Positions 38,591-52,400 of a stretch of 64,000 nucleotides of DNA are shown here, piece by piece. Source of the DNA: Hemiscyllium ocellatum. Lineage: Eukaryota. The position numbers were made by a program, and so were the translations under genes. Below the pieces are notes generated by a model. It was not told where the DNA came from and ran no database searches. It saw nothing but the letters and a program-made list of their open reading frames with translations. The DNA is taken from assembly GCF_020745735.1 (NCBI RefSeq), contig NC_083417.1, positions 75,702,001-75,766,000 on the forward strand. The letters run 5' to 3'. Each line of letters begins with the position of its first letter. The first letter of the stretch is position 1.

Positions 38591-40949
38591 ATGTTCTGAC
38601 ATTGTTATGTTTCTTAATAAATGAAATGCGTTTTATAAAATTACATTTGCTTATTTTCTTACATTTCTTCTTCTTAAGTCACCAATACCATGATGAAATG
38701 TTGAAAATCCTTCACAGCTTGTTCACCAAATAATTTCTGTCCACAGATGCTGCCAGATCTGCTGCATTTCTCTGAGCAATTGCTGTGATTTTTTTTTTGC
38801 TTTCAACAAATAATTAGCTAGGTTCCCTTCAGCAGAATGAGACTCAATTGCTGAAAGCTGAAAAAATTGTCATTAAATGCAAAAGAACAGGAACACCGCT
38901 TCCCCACTTTCCTTGTTCCTGAGCACTATTTAGGGAAGGGAAAGCAAAATCGAAACTGCAAATTGCAGTCATAATCCACTGCAAACTGCAAGCAAATTAC
39001 ATTCCTACAAAGTAATATCTTTCTACAAACCAAATGAAATGTTTCAATAATCAGAATCCAATATCCCCTGTCCTTAACATAAGAAAGGCATCAATTTGTA
39101 TTTATTCCATACGCTCCTAGCTCAAAACCTACGTTTTGTTTTGTTCATAATGATGCAGATGTTTCTGGCAAAACCTGAAGTTTTTCGTCTTTCACTAATT
39201 CAATCACTTAGATGGGTTTTTTAAAGCCCAACCCATTGTTGTAAATCTGGAGTCACACGTAGCAGACCAAGTTTGAACATTTGACACTGAACAATCATTA
39301 CTAGAATCAATTATGTGTTTATGCCCATCCTTACTGAGTTTAACTTTCAGTTGTAGATCTTAACAATTAAAATTAGGTTCCATAAGTTGCCGATGATGGG
39401 ATATGAATCCATGCTCATTCAATTGAATTTGATTTTCTTGATTAAAAGCAACATGACCATTTTCTCCCCATATATTTTACTTTTTTGGTGATAGGACAGA
39501 TGCATGAAACAATAACATTGTTTTTCTTTATAAAGGGGTTACGTAACCTCTGAGAGATTCCCCTCCCACAATCACCTTATAAATTTTTACTCTTATTTAA
39601 ATTTTTAATCATCTGCATTGTTCTGTATTTCAATTGATATAATTTAAATTTTATGGTCGGAAAGGAGATGAATTTGTCTCATGATTTCACAAAAAATACA
39701 TCAGGTCAGGATATACAGTCTGTATTGGTAGAGGGATTGCTGTCCTGTCTAAACAGGAGCTTTTCTCTTGTTCTTCTGAAGAAGAAATGAACCAGATTAT
39801 TTTCTTTGACAATATATATGTTTTATCTGATGTCAAGCTTATTTCCTGTTTATACAAACAATTGGATGTAAATGCACTTTGTATACCTTTTTACTTCTAA
39901 AATGTATAAATCTCAACATACAATATTCACAATGTGAACAACTAGCTGGCTTAATCTAATTTTTATTTACTTAAAAATAAAATACTATAGATTGATTTAA
40001 GAATAATGCAAACATTTTAATAATTAAAAATGGGCTTTTCATTTACTCAATCATATTATAACTTGTTAGGACAATAATAATCAGAAGACAGCACAGAACT
40101 AAATTGTTGATTGCTGATAAGTAGATAACAAGAACATAAAGCAAAATCGTGATCAGCAAATAAAAATTAGCTAGCATAAGTTGCATATCCTCAATTCTTT
40201 CACATCTCTCTATGATTGGTTTAATCGTTTCCAATGCCCCTACAGTTTTGAGTTCATAGCCCCTCCAGAAGTAATATTGCAGCCAATCAGTAACAAGAAA
40301 TTGAAATATGGGTAATTCAAGGGAAGTATTTTTTGCTCACTTAGTTGTATTTTGACCTATGATAATGCTTACTTGATTCACTTTTAAATTCCACATTCAC
40401 TTTTCAAAATAAATAATAACAATGGCAGTTACAATGAAGGTATAATCTGATATTGAATCCTGGAGTTAAAGGGAGAAGAGACATTCAAAACAATGAGGAA
40501 AAATATAATTGCAATCTGAGGCTATTTCCTGAATTGACCTTGCATTCTGCAGGTCTGCAAAGTATACTACATTGTGATTTTAAATAAAATTACATTCCCA
40601 ATCTATTAATGGGTGACTGTATTCAAGGCATAAATCAAAAGGATGTGATGGAGCTAAAAGAATTAAGAGACGCGGAGATCATGCGTGAACATGGCGTTTC
40701 AGTGTATTATGGGAGGACAGATGGGAAAGTGAGGTTGAGATTATAAACAAATCAGTATGATCTTCTCAAAAAGTGGATCAGTCTCAAAGGACTATTTCTA
40801 AATTCCGTGTATTTCTGGTGCTAGCATACCTGCTTTGTCTCCAAAGAAACTTATTTTACATCCATCCCCTGCATCCCTCTTACCTCAATAAGTCATAAGC
40901 TTCAAGTTTCCATGATCACTCAAAAGCTTGGCTTTGTAATTGATGTTGC

Positions 40950-41170
40950 TGAAAATTTGTTGCTGGTTAAAGCACAGCAGGTCAGGCAGCATCCAAGGAA
41001 CAGGAAATTCGACGTTTCGGGCCAGAGCCCTTCATCAAGATTCCTGATGAAGGGCTCTGACCCGAAACGTCGAATTTCCTGTTCTTTGGATGCTGCCTGA
41101 CCTGCTGTGCTTTAACCAGAAACAAATTTTCAGCTCTGATCTCCAGCATCTGCAGACCTCACTTTTTACT
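40950..41170. mobile_element. Complete 221-bp foldback PLE mini-element with two back-to-back hammerheads and an 18-bp TSD
   Basis: TSD ctttgtaattgatgttgc at 40932-40949 and 41171-41188. Near-perfect inverted arms at about 40948-41134, centred at about 41040. Confidence 0.9.
41038..41077 (+). ncRNA. Minimal type-I hammerhead ribozyme motif, intact core
   Basis: AGAUUC-CUGAUGA-A-GGG(CUCUGA)CCC-GAAAC-GUC^GAAUUU: stem I 6 bp including a G-U pair, ACGU palindrome at stem III. Confidence 0.72.
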
Positions 41171-41369
41171 CTTTGTAATTGATGTTGCCATATTGATGAA
41201 ATACTGTGGGTTATGGAAGGTCAACATCTTCCCTAATTTAAAGTAGGTATTAATTCTCAGGTATCCTGAATTCACAGAAAATTATCTGGCCAGACCTTTA
41301 CCTATAGTATTTGGAACACTATGTTATCATTATGATCTGCTTCAATTATTTTTGTTGGAGCCATCTTGT

Positions 41370-43195
41370 GGGTAGGACTAAGGTAAACCCCAAGATAATG
41401 TATGCTTGTGTGAGGAAGAAAAGGATGACTAGAGGGTGGAGCCAATCATGGATAGCAAAGTTTCATAGGCATCAGAGGAGGTAGGGGAGGTCCTTGATTA
41501 ATACATTGCATCAGTATTCACTTCTGAGAGGAATCTTGATGTTTCTGAGGACAGCGTGAGACGGACTGATACGCGAGAACATGTTGATATTAGGAAGGAT
41601 AATGTGCTGAAAATTTTGAAAAAAAGTAAGGATAAATAAATCCCCTTGACCTTACGGGATATACCCTTGGTTACTACAGGAATTGAGGGAAGGGATTGCT
41701 GCATACTTGGTGATGATCTTTGCTTCATCACTGTCCACTGAAGTAGTGCCATATGATTAAGGGTGGAAAATGTTATTCCCTTGTTGAAGAAAGGGAATAA
41801 GGATAATCCAATGAATTACTGACCAGTCACTCTAATGTGTGTAGTGGGCAAAGTATTGGAGAGGATTCTGAGACACAGGATTTAAGATTACTTGGAAAAC
41901 CATAGTTTGGTTTGAAATAATCAGCACAGCTTTGCCTGGGGCAGGTCATGCCTCACAAAACTTACTGAATTCTTTGAATATGTGACAAAACACATTGTTG
42001 AAGATCGAGTAGTGGATGTGGTATATATAGACTTGAGCAAGGCATTTGATGACGATCCCCATGGCAAGCTCATTCAGCAATAAGGAGACATGGGATACTG
42101 GGAAAACTGGCTGCTTGGATACAGAATTGGCTGGCCCAAAGAAGACAAATGGTGGTGGTAGATGGAACCTTTTCAGCCTAGAGCTTGGGGATCAGCAGAG
42201 TTCCTCAGGGATCGGCTCTTCAACCTCTGTGCTTTGCGATTTTTATAAATGACTTGGATGAGGAAGTGGAAGGGTGGGTTAGGAAGCTTGTCGATGGTGG
42301 AGTTTGTGGAGTTGAGGATGGTGTGGAGGACTGTCGTAGGTTGCAACGCGATGACAGGATGCAGAACTGGGATGAGAAATGCCAGATGGAGTTCAACCTG
42401 GAAAAGTATGAAGTCATTCAATTTGGAAGAATGAATCTGAATGCAGAATGCGGGGTTAAAGGCAGGAGTCCTGGCAGTGTGGAGGGACACAGCAATCCTG
42501 GGGTCCATGTATATGGATCTTTCAAAGTTGCCACCCGAGTTGAAAGGGCCGTTGAGAAGGCATATGGTGCGTTCGCTTTCATTAAAAGGAGGACAGAGTT
42601 TAAGAACCACAAGGATTTGCTGCAGCTTCATACAGCCCTGGTTAAACCGCATTTGGAATATTGTATTCAGTTCTAATCATTTCATTGTGGGAAAGATGTG
42701 GCAGCTTTACAGAGGGTGCACAGGAGATTTACCAGAATATTGCCTGGACTGGAGGCCATATCTTACAAAGAGAGGTTGAAAGAGGTAGGACTTTTCTCAT
42801 TACTGTGAAGAAGGATGTGACGTGACTTGAAAGAGGTGCACAAGATATTGACAGGCATAGATATAAAGGATAGTCAGAGACCTCTTCCCATGGCAGAAGT
42901 GTCTACCATGATGAGGAATAATGTGAAGATAATTGTAGGGAAGTTTAGAGGCGATGTCAGAGGTAGGTTCTAACACAGAGAGATGGTAGGGTGCATGGAA
43001 TGCACTGCCAGCAGTGGTAGTAGAGTCAGATACATTAGGGACATTTAAGTGACTCTTGGACATCCAAGTGGAAGGAAATATAATGAAACGTATTCAGTTT
43101 TGTCTGATCTTTGAGTAGGATTAAAAAGCCAGCACAACATCGGGGGCTGAAGGACTTGTACTGTGTTGTACTGTTCTATGTTCCATGTTCTGTGA
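41370..43195 (+). mobile_element. Decayed CR1 ORF2 3' half with tail
   Basis: VPQGSALQPLCFAIFINDLD and ALVKPHLEYCIQF motifs, and a (ttctatg/ttctgtg)n tail at 43150-43230. Confidence 0.9.
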
Positions 43196-43301
43196 TTCGT
43201 GTTCTGTATTCCATGTTCTGTGTTGTGTTTTCTAATGGACATTTTGGTCAAGACACACAACAATCAAAAACGCCTTGCCATTAACAGACTTTTCATTGCA
43301 T

Positions 43302-43448
43302 TTATCGCAAAGCTGGCCTTTGTTTTTCCAAGTGAACCTGAGCATACTCTATGTCCTTTTCCCTATAATTTGTTCTCCCTGTTTTCCTGGGGGCTGACAA
43401 GTCTAAAGCCGCATAGGTCATTTTGTGATCCTGAGGTCCTTTCCTGGT
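43302..43448 (-). CDS. Terminal cytoplasmic exon with two tyrosine motifs: [48 protein letters not shown]
   Basis: Acceptor ttgttttcacag|ACC. In phase 0 it gives MTYAAL (ITIM-like) and IEYAQV (canonical I-x-Y-x-x-V ITIM). Confidence 0.82.
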   Translation of the reverse strand, partial: TRKGPQDHKMTYAALDLSAPRKTGRTNYREKDIEYAQVHLEKQRPALR

Positions 43449-46400
43449 CTGTGAAAACAATTTTCAAAATATCATTGGTTCAATATTTAGTCACTTGGAT
43501 TCAGGTGTTAGGTTAAGCAATAAAAATAGACAGCATCTCAATGAATTAGTGCAAGTGCAACAGAATTTTAAAAAAAGTATAATTGTAGATATTTCATACA
43601 CTGAGCTCAAATTGATTCTTAATTACAGTTATATGGTCATTGTGTTCTGAATCTTTCCCCTACCTGGGCATATGCTACCATTTCTTAATGCATTGGTCTT
43701 GGAGCCTTCTGTAAATTGTTCAGATTTAGTGCAGCATAAGGTGTCATCGCATCAGTTGGTCCCTGCATGATTCGACAAAAAATATATAAGTGTTAGTTCA
43801 TACCTATATCCATGTCTGTCTCTCTTTCTACCACTTGAAGTTTAAAATTGATGTCGCGACCAGGACGAGGAATTCTAATTATGGATACCAATAAAACAGA
43901 TACAATATCTACAAAGTCACCTGGGAGCATGTTTACTAAATGTCAGTAATAAACGAAACTGGTGTGTGCTATTTGGCCCTTGCAGTCAGTTCTGGTGTTG
44001 ATTAATCTTCAGTGATTTTACTTAAGTGCCATAAACCTTAGATACGTTTCTTGAGTCGAGTTAACGAGTGAACATCCAAAGTTCTATGTGGCACAAAATC
44101 CTTATCATTCTTAAATTTTGAAGAAAGAAGTGTCTCTTCTTATCAATATAAATCCATGAGTCAAACCCATCCAAGGAGGAAAAAACACATTTCATAAAGT
44201 CTGTCAAATTCCTCACAAACCAAATACTTTTGAACTCAATCACGTTTTATTCATCAATTCGCTAAGAGATGGTGGCCCACTCTGCACAATCTTCCATGAT
44301 AAAACTATCCATTTATTCCAGGAACCAGCGTAGTTTACATGATTAGACTCCCTACAGTGTGGAAACAGGCCCTTCGGCCCAACAAGTCCACACAGACCCG
44401 CCGAAGCACAACCCACCCATACCCCTAAATATACCCCTTACCTAACACTACGGGCAATTTAGCATGGCCAATTCACCTGACCCGCACATCTTTGGACTGT
44501 GGGAGGAAACCGGAGCACCCGGAGGAAACCCACGCAGACACGGGTTGAACGTGCAAACTCCACACAGTCAGTCGCCTGAGGCGGGAATTGAACCCAGGTC
44601 TCTGGTGCTGTGAGGCAGCAGTGCTAACCACTGTGCCACCGTGCCACCCTAAGTTGGATTCTACCAGTGTTAAGCATGTTCTTCGTCAGGCGGGGCAGTA
44701 AAACCTCAATTTTACCGAAACATTGTCTTATTAATGCCATGCACAATTGTCAGTTGTGCGAAGCTTTCACTGATGATTTTTTTTTGCTAGGTTATAATCT
44801 ATTCTCTTCTGTAATTGATTGCTGAAATTGCATGAGAACTTCCTGTAATTGAGCTGTGATGAGAAGAACATCCTTTGAACTGGAAATGTTCTTCTTTTGG
44901 TCGTGAACATTTAAATTGAGAGTTTGTACAGAACAGGATGTTTGCTATTGCTGCTTATGAAAGGAAACTGCTGTTATGTGCTCAGTCTGTCTATGGCACT
45001 TTGTATTGGAAAATTGCAACTTCATGCCAACTCATTTCTATGAGTTGATTTCACGAGAGGGGAAATGATGGACAAATAAGCCTCAAGTTTAGAGGAAGCT
45101 TCTTCATACCTTCTTAGCATTGTAGATAATGGAAGGAATGAGTCAATTCAATCCTAAGAGTTGAGGCTGAAATTGTCCATTTTCTCTAAATTCCGAAATG
45201 TCCCACATGATCTGAACTGAAAAGAAATGAAAGCAAGAACAATCTTCTATTCGATGTCTCCTGCTGTTCTTGACATCACGAACCACTTTTTAGTCTGGCA
45301 CAGGGTGCATCAAAAAATCACAAAATTGCTGTCGTCAAAATGCAGCATTCAGAAAAAAACGTTATATTTATTCTGCATCTGGAGACATCACTGATAATGG
45401 TAATTACCATTGTCAATTCCTACTTGACTGGTAAAGTTGGGCTTGTAAGTAAATGTCAGGTGGAGGATAAAAGTCAATGTCTGTGGATTGGACAATGCTA
45501 CATGCAAACTTAGCATATTACAGTGGTTTCTTTTCCTAAGAGACAAAAACAAACATTCTGTTCCGTACAAACTCTTAATTAGCATGTTCACAATAAAAAT
45601 ATTATAGCTACATTACACACCATCTGGCCTACTGATGTTTTTTGTTTTAATCCTGTGTCACTGTGCTGCTTTGCATAAATAATTACAGCAACAAAATAAA
45701 ATATAGCTATTGAACTAAATGCAAATTAGTTATATACAGTTATATTTTGTGTAAAAACACTTGCCTTGTGTTCATCATTATTGCATTTTTCATCATTGGT
45801 TTTCACTACTGCGTAAGAAATAAAGTTTAAAATGAATAACAATCCAGGAAATGCATTTCTGCAAAGCTTAACGCAGATCATAACATAATCCCCATACCAC
45901 AATTTTAAAAACATATTGGCCCACATTTTCTAGTGCCAGATAATTGACATTTCATCATGGATGGGAGCTGAGCATGAAGACAATATCGACCGCTCAATAT
46001 AGACGACTCCAAAAGAACTTCCAGGAAATTGAAGTTTACACGGGCATTTTTTCTACACTTAGAAGCCTCTGAAAGCATCCGCTTAAATTGCATTTGGATG
46101 TCTCTCGTTAAATTAAATGCAGACACTCACATCAAACCTTAAACTATTGAAGATGTAGTGCAACTCCTGAATAACAATACGACCGACAGGCAACATTTGC
46201 TCAGACATCTTGACCCGAAATTCCGTTCCTCTGCCTGGTATCTGACACCATGCTGGCCTGTGGAAATGACAAAACCCTGGACCAGCTCCTCTTTCACTGC
46301 CTTGCATTTCTTGGATCCAGCGAATGCCCTTTCCCCACAGTGGGCCTGATGGGACTCTCTCGCAGGATGTTGCCCGTTCTTAACATCTCTGAATCTATCT

Positions 46401-49400
46401 GCTTTCACAGCCATAAAACTGAACTTCCCCTTTGCCCCAGTTTAAATCTCATGCATTCCTGTTCCCAAAGCTAGATTCATCACCCATTTTTCCCTACTGC
46501 AGACACAGCTCCACTTCTCCCTCTCTGGACAGAGTCATTGAGTCACATAACATGGAAACGGACCCTTCAGCCCCACCAGTCCATGCGAAACAAGTTTCCC
46601 AAACTGAACTAATCCTACAGCCTGCATTTGGCCCAAATCTCTCTAAACCTTTCCTGTCTATTTGTCTATCCAAATATCTTTTAAATGATATAACTGTACT
46701 TGCATTGATCAATTCCTCCAGCAGATCATTCCACACGCAAACCCTCTGTGTGAAAAAGATGTACCTCAGGTCCCTGTTAAATCTTTCTCCTCTCATCTTG
46801 AGCTTCCCCACCTCAGGGAAAGGACTTTTGCTGTTCACCTTAGCTGCACCTCTCATGATTTTCTAAACGTTGATAAGGTCACTCCTCAACTTTGTAAGCT
46901 ACATAAATAAAATCTGTCTGTGACCCCTTTGGTTCAGGATCATCTTCCCCAGCACAAGAAACAACAGTCTAATTTCCTCACTTCAGACTTGGCGGCAACA
47001 CCATAACCTGTCCTGAAGAAGCTCTTTCCTTCCCTCACTTCAAACCCAATCTGACTGCTCCTTCCTGGGACATGTTGCCCCCTTCCTTGCTTGGGACATG
47101 ATATCCCTCTCGCCGAATTTCCAGTATGGTCTGTCTTTGCCCTTCCTAGAACCAATCCATGCTCTTCCCACGGGGAGACCTGATTCCCTTAGGACAAGAT
47201 AATCACTCCCTATTGCGGTCTGCCGGACCAAAGGTTTCAACTATCCTGATGCACCTAATGCACTGTATTACTTCACTGGCTGACTAGCGACTTCTCATAT
47301 TGCAGTTATCCATGTGCCATCCCACTATCCTATTCACCTGGCACACGACATCCTGTCAACGTATTCCCTCTCCATTTGGCATTCTGCCCACCTGGCACCC
47401 TACACCATAGCAGAATATCCGCCACCCAATTGGCATCCTGAACATTTGGCATAATTACCACCTGCCACCCTAATTCATATTAGCTTGCCACGTCATCTCA
47501 CTTGGCATCCTATTTATCTGAACTTCATCCAGATAGCTGCATCCCCTTGCAGCACCCTCACGTCATACTTACATTTGGTACCGACCACTTGATAGCTGGT
47601 GTGAAAGTGGCTGTCTGTGTGGACAGCTAAACTTCATAAAGGGGCAAGTGACGGCCGTGAAAAGGGGACTTAGTTTGCTTTTCCCTGACCACTCTGTGTT
47701 ACAAGAGAACTATTAAAATGGAAGCAGATCTTTGTGTTTCGGATGGATGCTTGATCAGAAACTACTTTCAGAAATATGGAGCTCTTCATCGCTGACATTG
47801 AAGGGTCTGGATGCCAATTTGTGTGAGATTGGCATTCCTCAGAAATATGCGCCCCTATATTTGTTTATGGTACATATTTTGATGTTCAAAAATGGATTAT
47901 TCATCAATGAATGCATGCTGGGAAACCTGCAGAGTTATTCTCCAAAAGCAATGATCCCAGACAATGAAATGATCTTCCTTTTGCAGTAAAGCACACTTGG
48001 CATGCTCATATCTCTGGGAGGTTGGATAAAATTTGAATATTGTACCTCATTGACCTTATATTGCCCTGGCCATGTCAGATAAGCTAAGTATTGTTTAACC
48101 TACTGAGTTGCACAGAGAAAATCTTGAGATATGGTGCAAAGTTAAAATTGACATTCCATTTGGACATGGTGCATTTCAAAAGATTAAATAAGTTCCTACC
48201 CATGTTTTTCTTTGCTGCGTATCGCTTCACCATGATGAGGCTGAGCACCAATAATATCAATCCACCTGATACAGTTGCAGAAATCATCAAATACTTTGTG
48301 AACACACAATCTAAAACAACCAAATCACAAACATCAATTAACATTGTTTACTGTTCATATCAGTTAACACGAGAGTGCAAAGTTAGGGTACACTAAATAG
48401 TTTTAGTCATGTCTTAATGGAATACATAGTCAACTACAGAACTGAACTTAAGTTTTCCACTTCTCTTTGGATTTTCAGACTGAGGTAACAATCTTTACAT
48501 TATTTGTCTGAAACCTGCAGAGGATATAAATCATGGTGAGTGTTTTCTCAGTCTCCTGGAGCTCATTAGACTGGAGTGGCACATAAAACGTCCATAATTT
48601 TACTGTAGAAAGGCTACTGAACTGTGTTGAGGAACCCAATGCCAGAGAAATGCCTGTGAGAACTATCTGTTAGTGAAATATTCCCTGCCAAACACCAGAG
48701 TTAAGACCAAACCTCTATAGTATCTCATTCAGATCGTGATGGGTGTACACTTGGATAGCTAACTCAAAACCCCCTCCAATAATTCACCGGCCTTTGCTTG
48801 CCCACTAGTGGTGCACTGTCACTCAAGGTAGTACATAATTTCTCTTTATGTGATGGACATGTTGCACTCAAAAGTCAAGACTACTATTTGTGGTACATTG
48901 TGACCAGAACAACTATAATGTATTGATGTGAGAAAAAGCATTGGGCATCCTGTCGGTGAAATTTCTTCCTCCTCAACAAAATTCAATGGTTAATTCTCGC
49001 AAATATCAACCATTCAAAAAATGACATTTCTGAAATCCTGTATACTCCCCATATTAACACTAGCCACAAGGAAGAATGAGGAAGAATGGACCTAGTTCTG
49101 AGAGGCACATCTCCGGCTTCATTATAAACATCAACAGTAATATGCTATTCGATCCTTTTGATGTTACAACATTTTTCAATGATTCACATAAAATCTTTTG
49201 GCTCCGTAGCATATGAAATGGTTATTAGAGTTGTGGTCATGAGACCATGAAGTAGAAAATGATGATTAACTTAGTTTATGTTTGACAGAAAGGAAAATGA
49301 AACAACAAATGAAGATTAAAGAGGAAAAAAAGGCAACCAAACGTGATGAGTGAAACTTGCATCATTTTCGCCTATGGAATTCATTTAAAGCAGAGACCTC

Positions 49401-52400
49401 CACACCAGAGAAAGCATCCTGAGACACAGCAAAAGGTATTTAGCATAGGCTTGGGCAACAAAGCAAAAGTAATCTTTTCACAGGAATGACCTCTTTCAGA
49501 GAAAGTAGCTTCTGCAAGCAACCAGTGGAGAAATATTTTGACAGAAGGCGATGCTGAACAAAAGTTCATACTTCAAACACAGCGGTAGAATGCAGTGCGA
49601 TTCCCTCAGCATTAGTGTGTCAAAGGACTGAGCAGGAGCAGCAGCAGAACAACATGTGAAGGTCATGGATTGATAAGATCATTGGTGATTGTGACATTGT
49701 ATACGAACTGGGAGACAGGAGAGAACAACAGAATGACATATAAAGACTGACATCTTCAGATAGGGCAATTTAATGCACATAGCTGCGTAATGTGCAGTTG
49801 TATTAAATAAATCAGAGAGACATTGTGATCTTAATCATATCATTTCGAGATGCATGCAGTGTCAATTGAAACTGAGCATGCAGTTTCATAAGATTCAGGG
49901 CGTCTGGTGAAATAAGATGCTCTCGAATGCTCATGGAATTCTTTAACTTGCGTCAGAGTAACATTGAATACAAAATCATGGAAGTCATGCTAAACATTTG
50001 CAAATTACCGTTTAGTTCTTTGATGCAAAATTATGTATAATCCAGGACACAAGACTCCACTTATAGGGCAGACTGGATGGTTCAAAGTGATCAGTGGTTT
50101 GAGATCATTTAAGGAATTTGAGAACTGAGAAGTTTCTCATGCGATCAAAGAGGTTTGTGAGAGTGGCAAAAGGATATGGAATCATGAAGTTTGAACGATT
50201 GAGTGAAGTGGAATGAGGGAATGAATAAACAACCTGCAATTATAACATTCAAACTATGCACAAAGATGCACAAATTAAGTGAGGACAACTACTTTCTGAA
50301 GGAGGTCAGGAAGATTGATAAAGCTCTTACAATAAATGTTTTTGTGAATGATTTACATAGAAATATAGAGAAATGCAGTGGAATCTGTGTTTTCGGTGGA
50401 CTAACTTGTTGAGGTGCAAATAGCACACAGTGGTATGGGAGTAAATCTGGCACCCCATTCAAAGTACCATATTGGTGTGATGGACCAAATATGCTTCAGG
50501 ACTCTTGGATTCTATGGGTGAACTTGCTGTTCTTGTCAGCATCCATTCACTCGTGGTTTGTGTAAAGCTTTGAAGCTTGGATGATGGTTGCAGTTGCTGC
50601 GGACATGTTCACCAAGTTGCAAAACAATTTCCCTGGCCAGTGAACATCCCCACAGCAACAGCATCCATTCATTCAGTTTGGAGGGTGCTATGAGTTCTGA
50701 TGCCGATTAAAACAATTACATTATAATGTAGAGGTGCTGGTGTTGGACTGGGGTGGGCAAAGCCAAAAGTCACACAACACCAGGATATAGCCAAACAGGT
50801 TTGATCTCTTTCTAGTTTATTAGCTGAGCAATGTTGTTTATCCCAATTTCAGTTCTGATGGCACTCTTAAAATGAATGAAATTGGAACATGTAATTCAAA
50901 CATTTGATCCCATGAAAGGGTTTGCACTACAGCGAGAGGTTGAATAGGCTGAGGCTGTCTTCCGTGCAACATCAGAGGTTGAGGGGTGACCTTATAGAGT
51001 TTTATAAAATCATGAGGGGCATGGATAGCGTAAATAGACAAGGTCATTTTCCTGTGATGGGCGAGTCCAAAGCTAGAGGGCATGGGTTCAATATGAGAGG
51101 GAAAAGCTTTAAAAGGGACCTAAGGGGAAACGTTTTCTCGCAGTGAGTGGTGCCTCCATGGAGTGAACTGCCAGAAGAATTGGTGGAGACTGGTACAATT
51201 ACAACATTTAAAAGGGCATATGAATTGGAATGGTTCAGATGATTACGGGCCAATTGCTGGCAAATGGGACTAGATTAATTGAGGATATCTGCTCAACATA
51301 GCTGAGTTGGACCAAATGGTCAGTTTCCGTGTTATACAACTCTATGAACCTATGATTCTAATATGCTAGTTGATCATTTTCTTATAACCGTTTATAATGT
51401 CACCCCTCAATTTCTGATGCTCCAGGGAGAACAGGCCCAGCCGATTTAGCCTCTCCCTGTAGTGAAAACCCTTTCATGCAATCTGATTTTTGAATGATGA
51501 ATGCCAATGTCATTCATTTTAAGATTACCATCAGAACTGCAATTGTCTTCAATTGAATTTGCAAAACTAAGAATGACTGCACGGCAGATAAGTTTAATCA
51601 CCCCAGTTTGTGATTCATCATAGCCTCAATGTCCATGTTTCCAATGTGGACTGTTCCCTTATCAATACGCAAGAATCTTTTTAGATGTTTTATGAAAAAC
51701 CTACTATCTCATTGCATCCATTGTGGCCAAAATTGGGACCAGTACCTCTGCTCTAACAGACACGAATTTAGCAATATGTTTACAACTTTATATCATGTCC
51801 TCCAGGAATCACATTGATGACAAATCTTCACTGAATGACTTTGCAAATGAATGTGTCTTGAACAGATGGAGTGAAATTGTATGATTCATGGATGACAGAA
51901 AATTTTATGATGATCAGCTAGTATGCAGTGCTGAACACAGGAGCTGATGTTAAACCATACAGGTAAGCATTTCAAAATGGAAGAAACTTACGTATGTAAT
52001 TACAAATGGCTGTACATCTTGTCAAAACAGCTGGGAGAGGCAGGATATTCTAAACGGTATTATTCAGAGGCAGATATGGTAGAACGTCAAGTTGCATATT
52101 CAGCTATCTTTGAAGGGGCCATTGTAAGAATCTTAGGTTAAAAGAAAAATCCCCAAAGAACTGTGGATGCTGGAAATCAGAAACAATAACATAAATTGTT
52201 GAAAACACTCAGAAGGTCTGGCGTAATCTGTGGAGATTCAATGGTTCAGCTCCAGTGACGTTTTTTTTTCAGATAAGTGCATCACTCTGCAGACATTACA
52301 CTGAACATGGAGTGTAGATTCGTAGCTCCTTGAAAGTAGAGTCGCAGATAGACTGGATAGTGAAAAAGGGGTTTGATATCCTTTACTTTATTTCAGAGCA

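Noticed and set aside
40043-40234. Hydrophobic ORF resembling GPCR or TM helices
   Set aside because: The sequence is very AT-rich, which yields I/L/F by chance. It has no true ATG, no splice context and no family motif.
44560-44646. tRNA gene
   Set aside because: The A and B boxes belong to the tRNA-derived head of a SINE. There is no complete cloverleaf, and the same holds for the other SINE heads.
46139-46270. Alternative terminal or cytoplasmic exon after the acceptor tttgtcatttccacag
   Set aside because: The acceptor is good, but the frames give no recognisable motif, and the nearby GTGAGT donor (about 46130) cannot be reached in the needed phase from it. Unsupported without RNA data.
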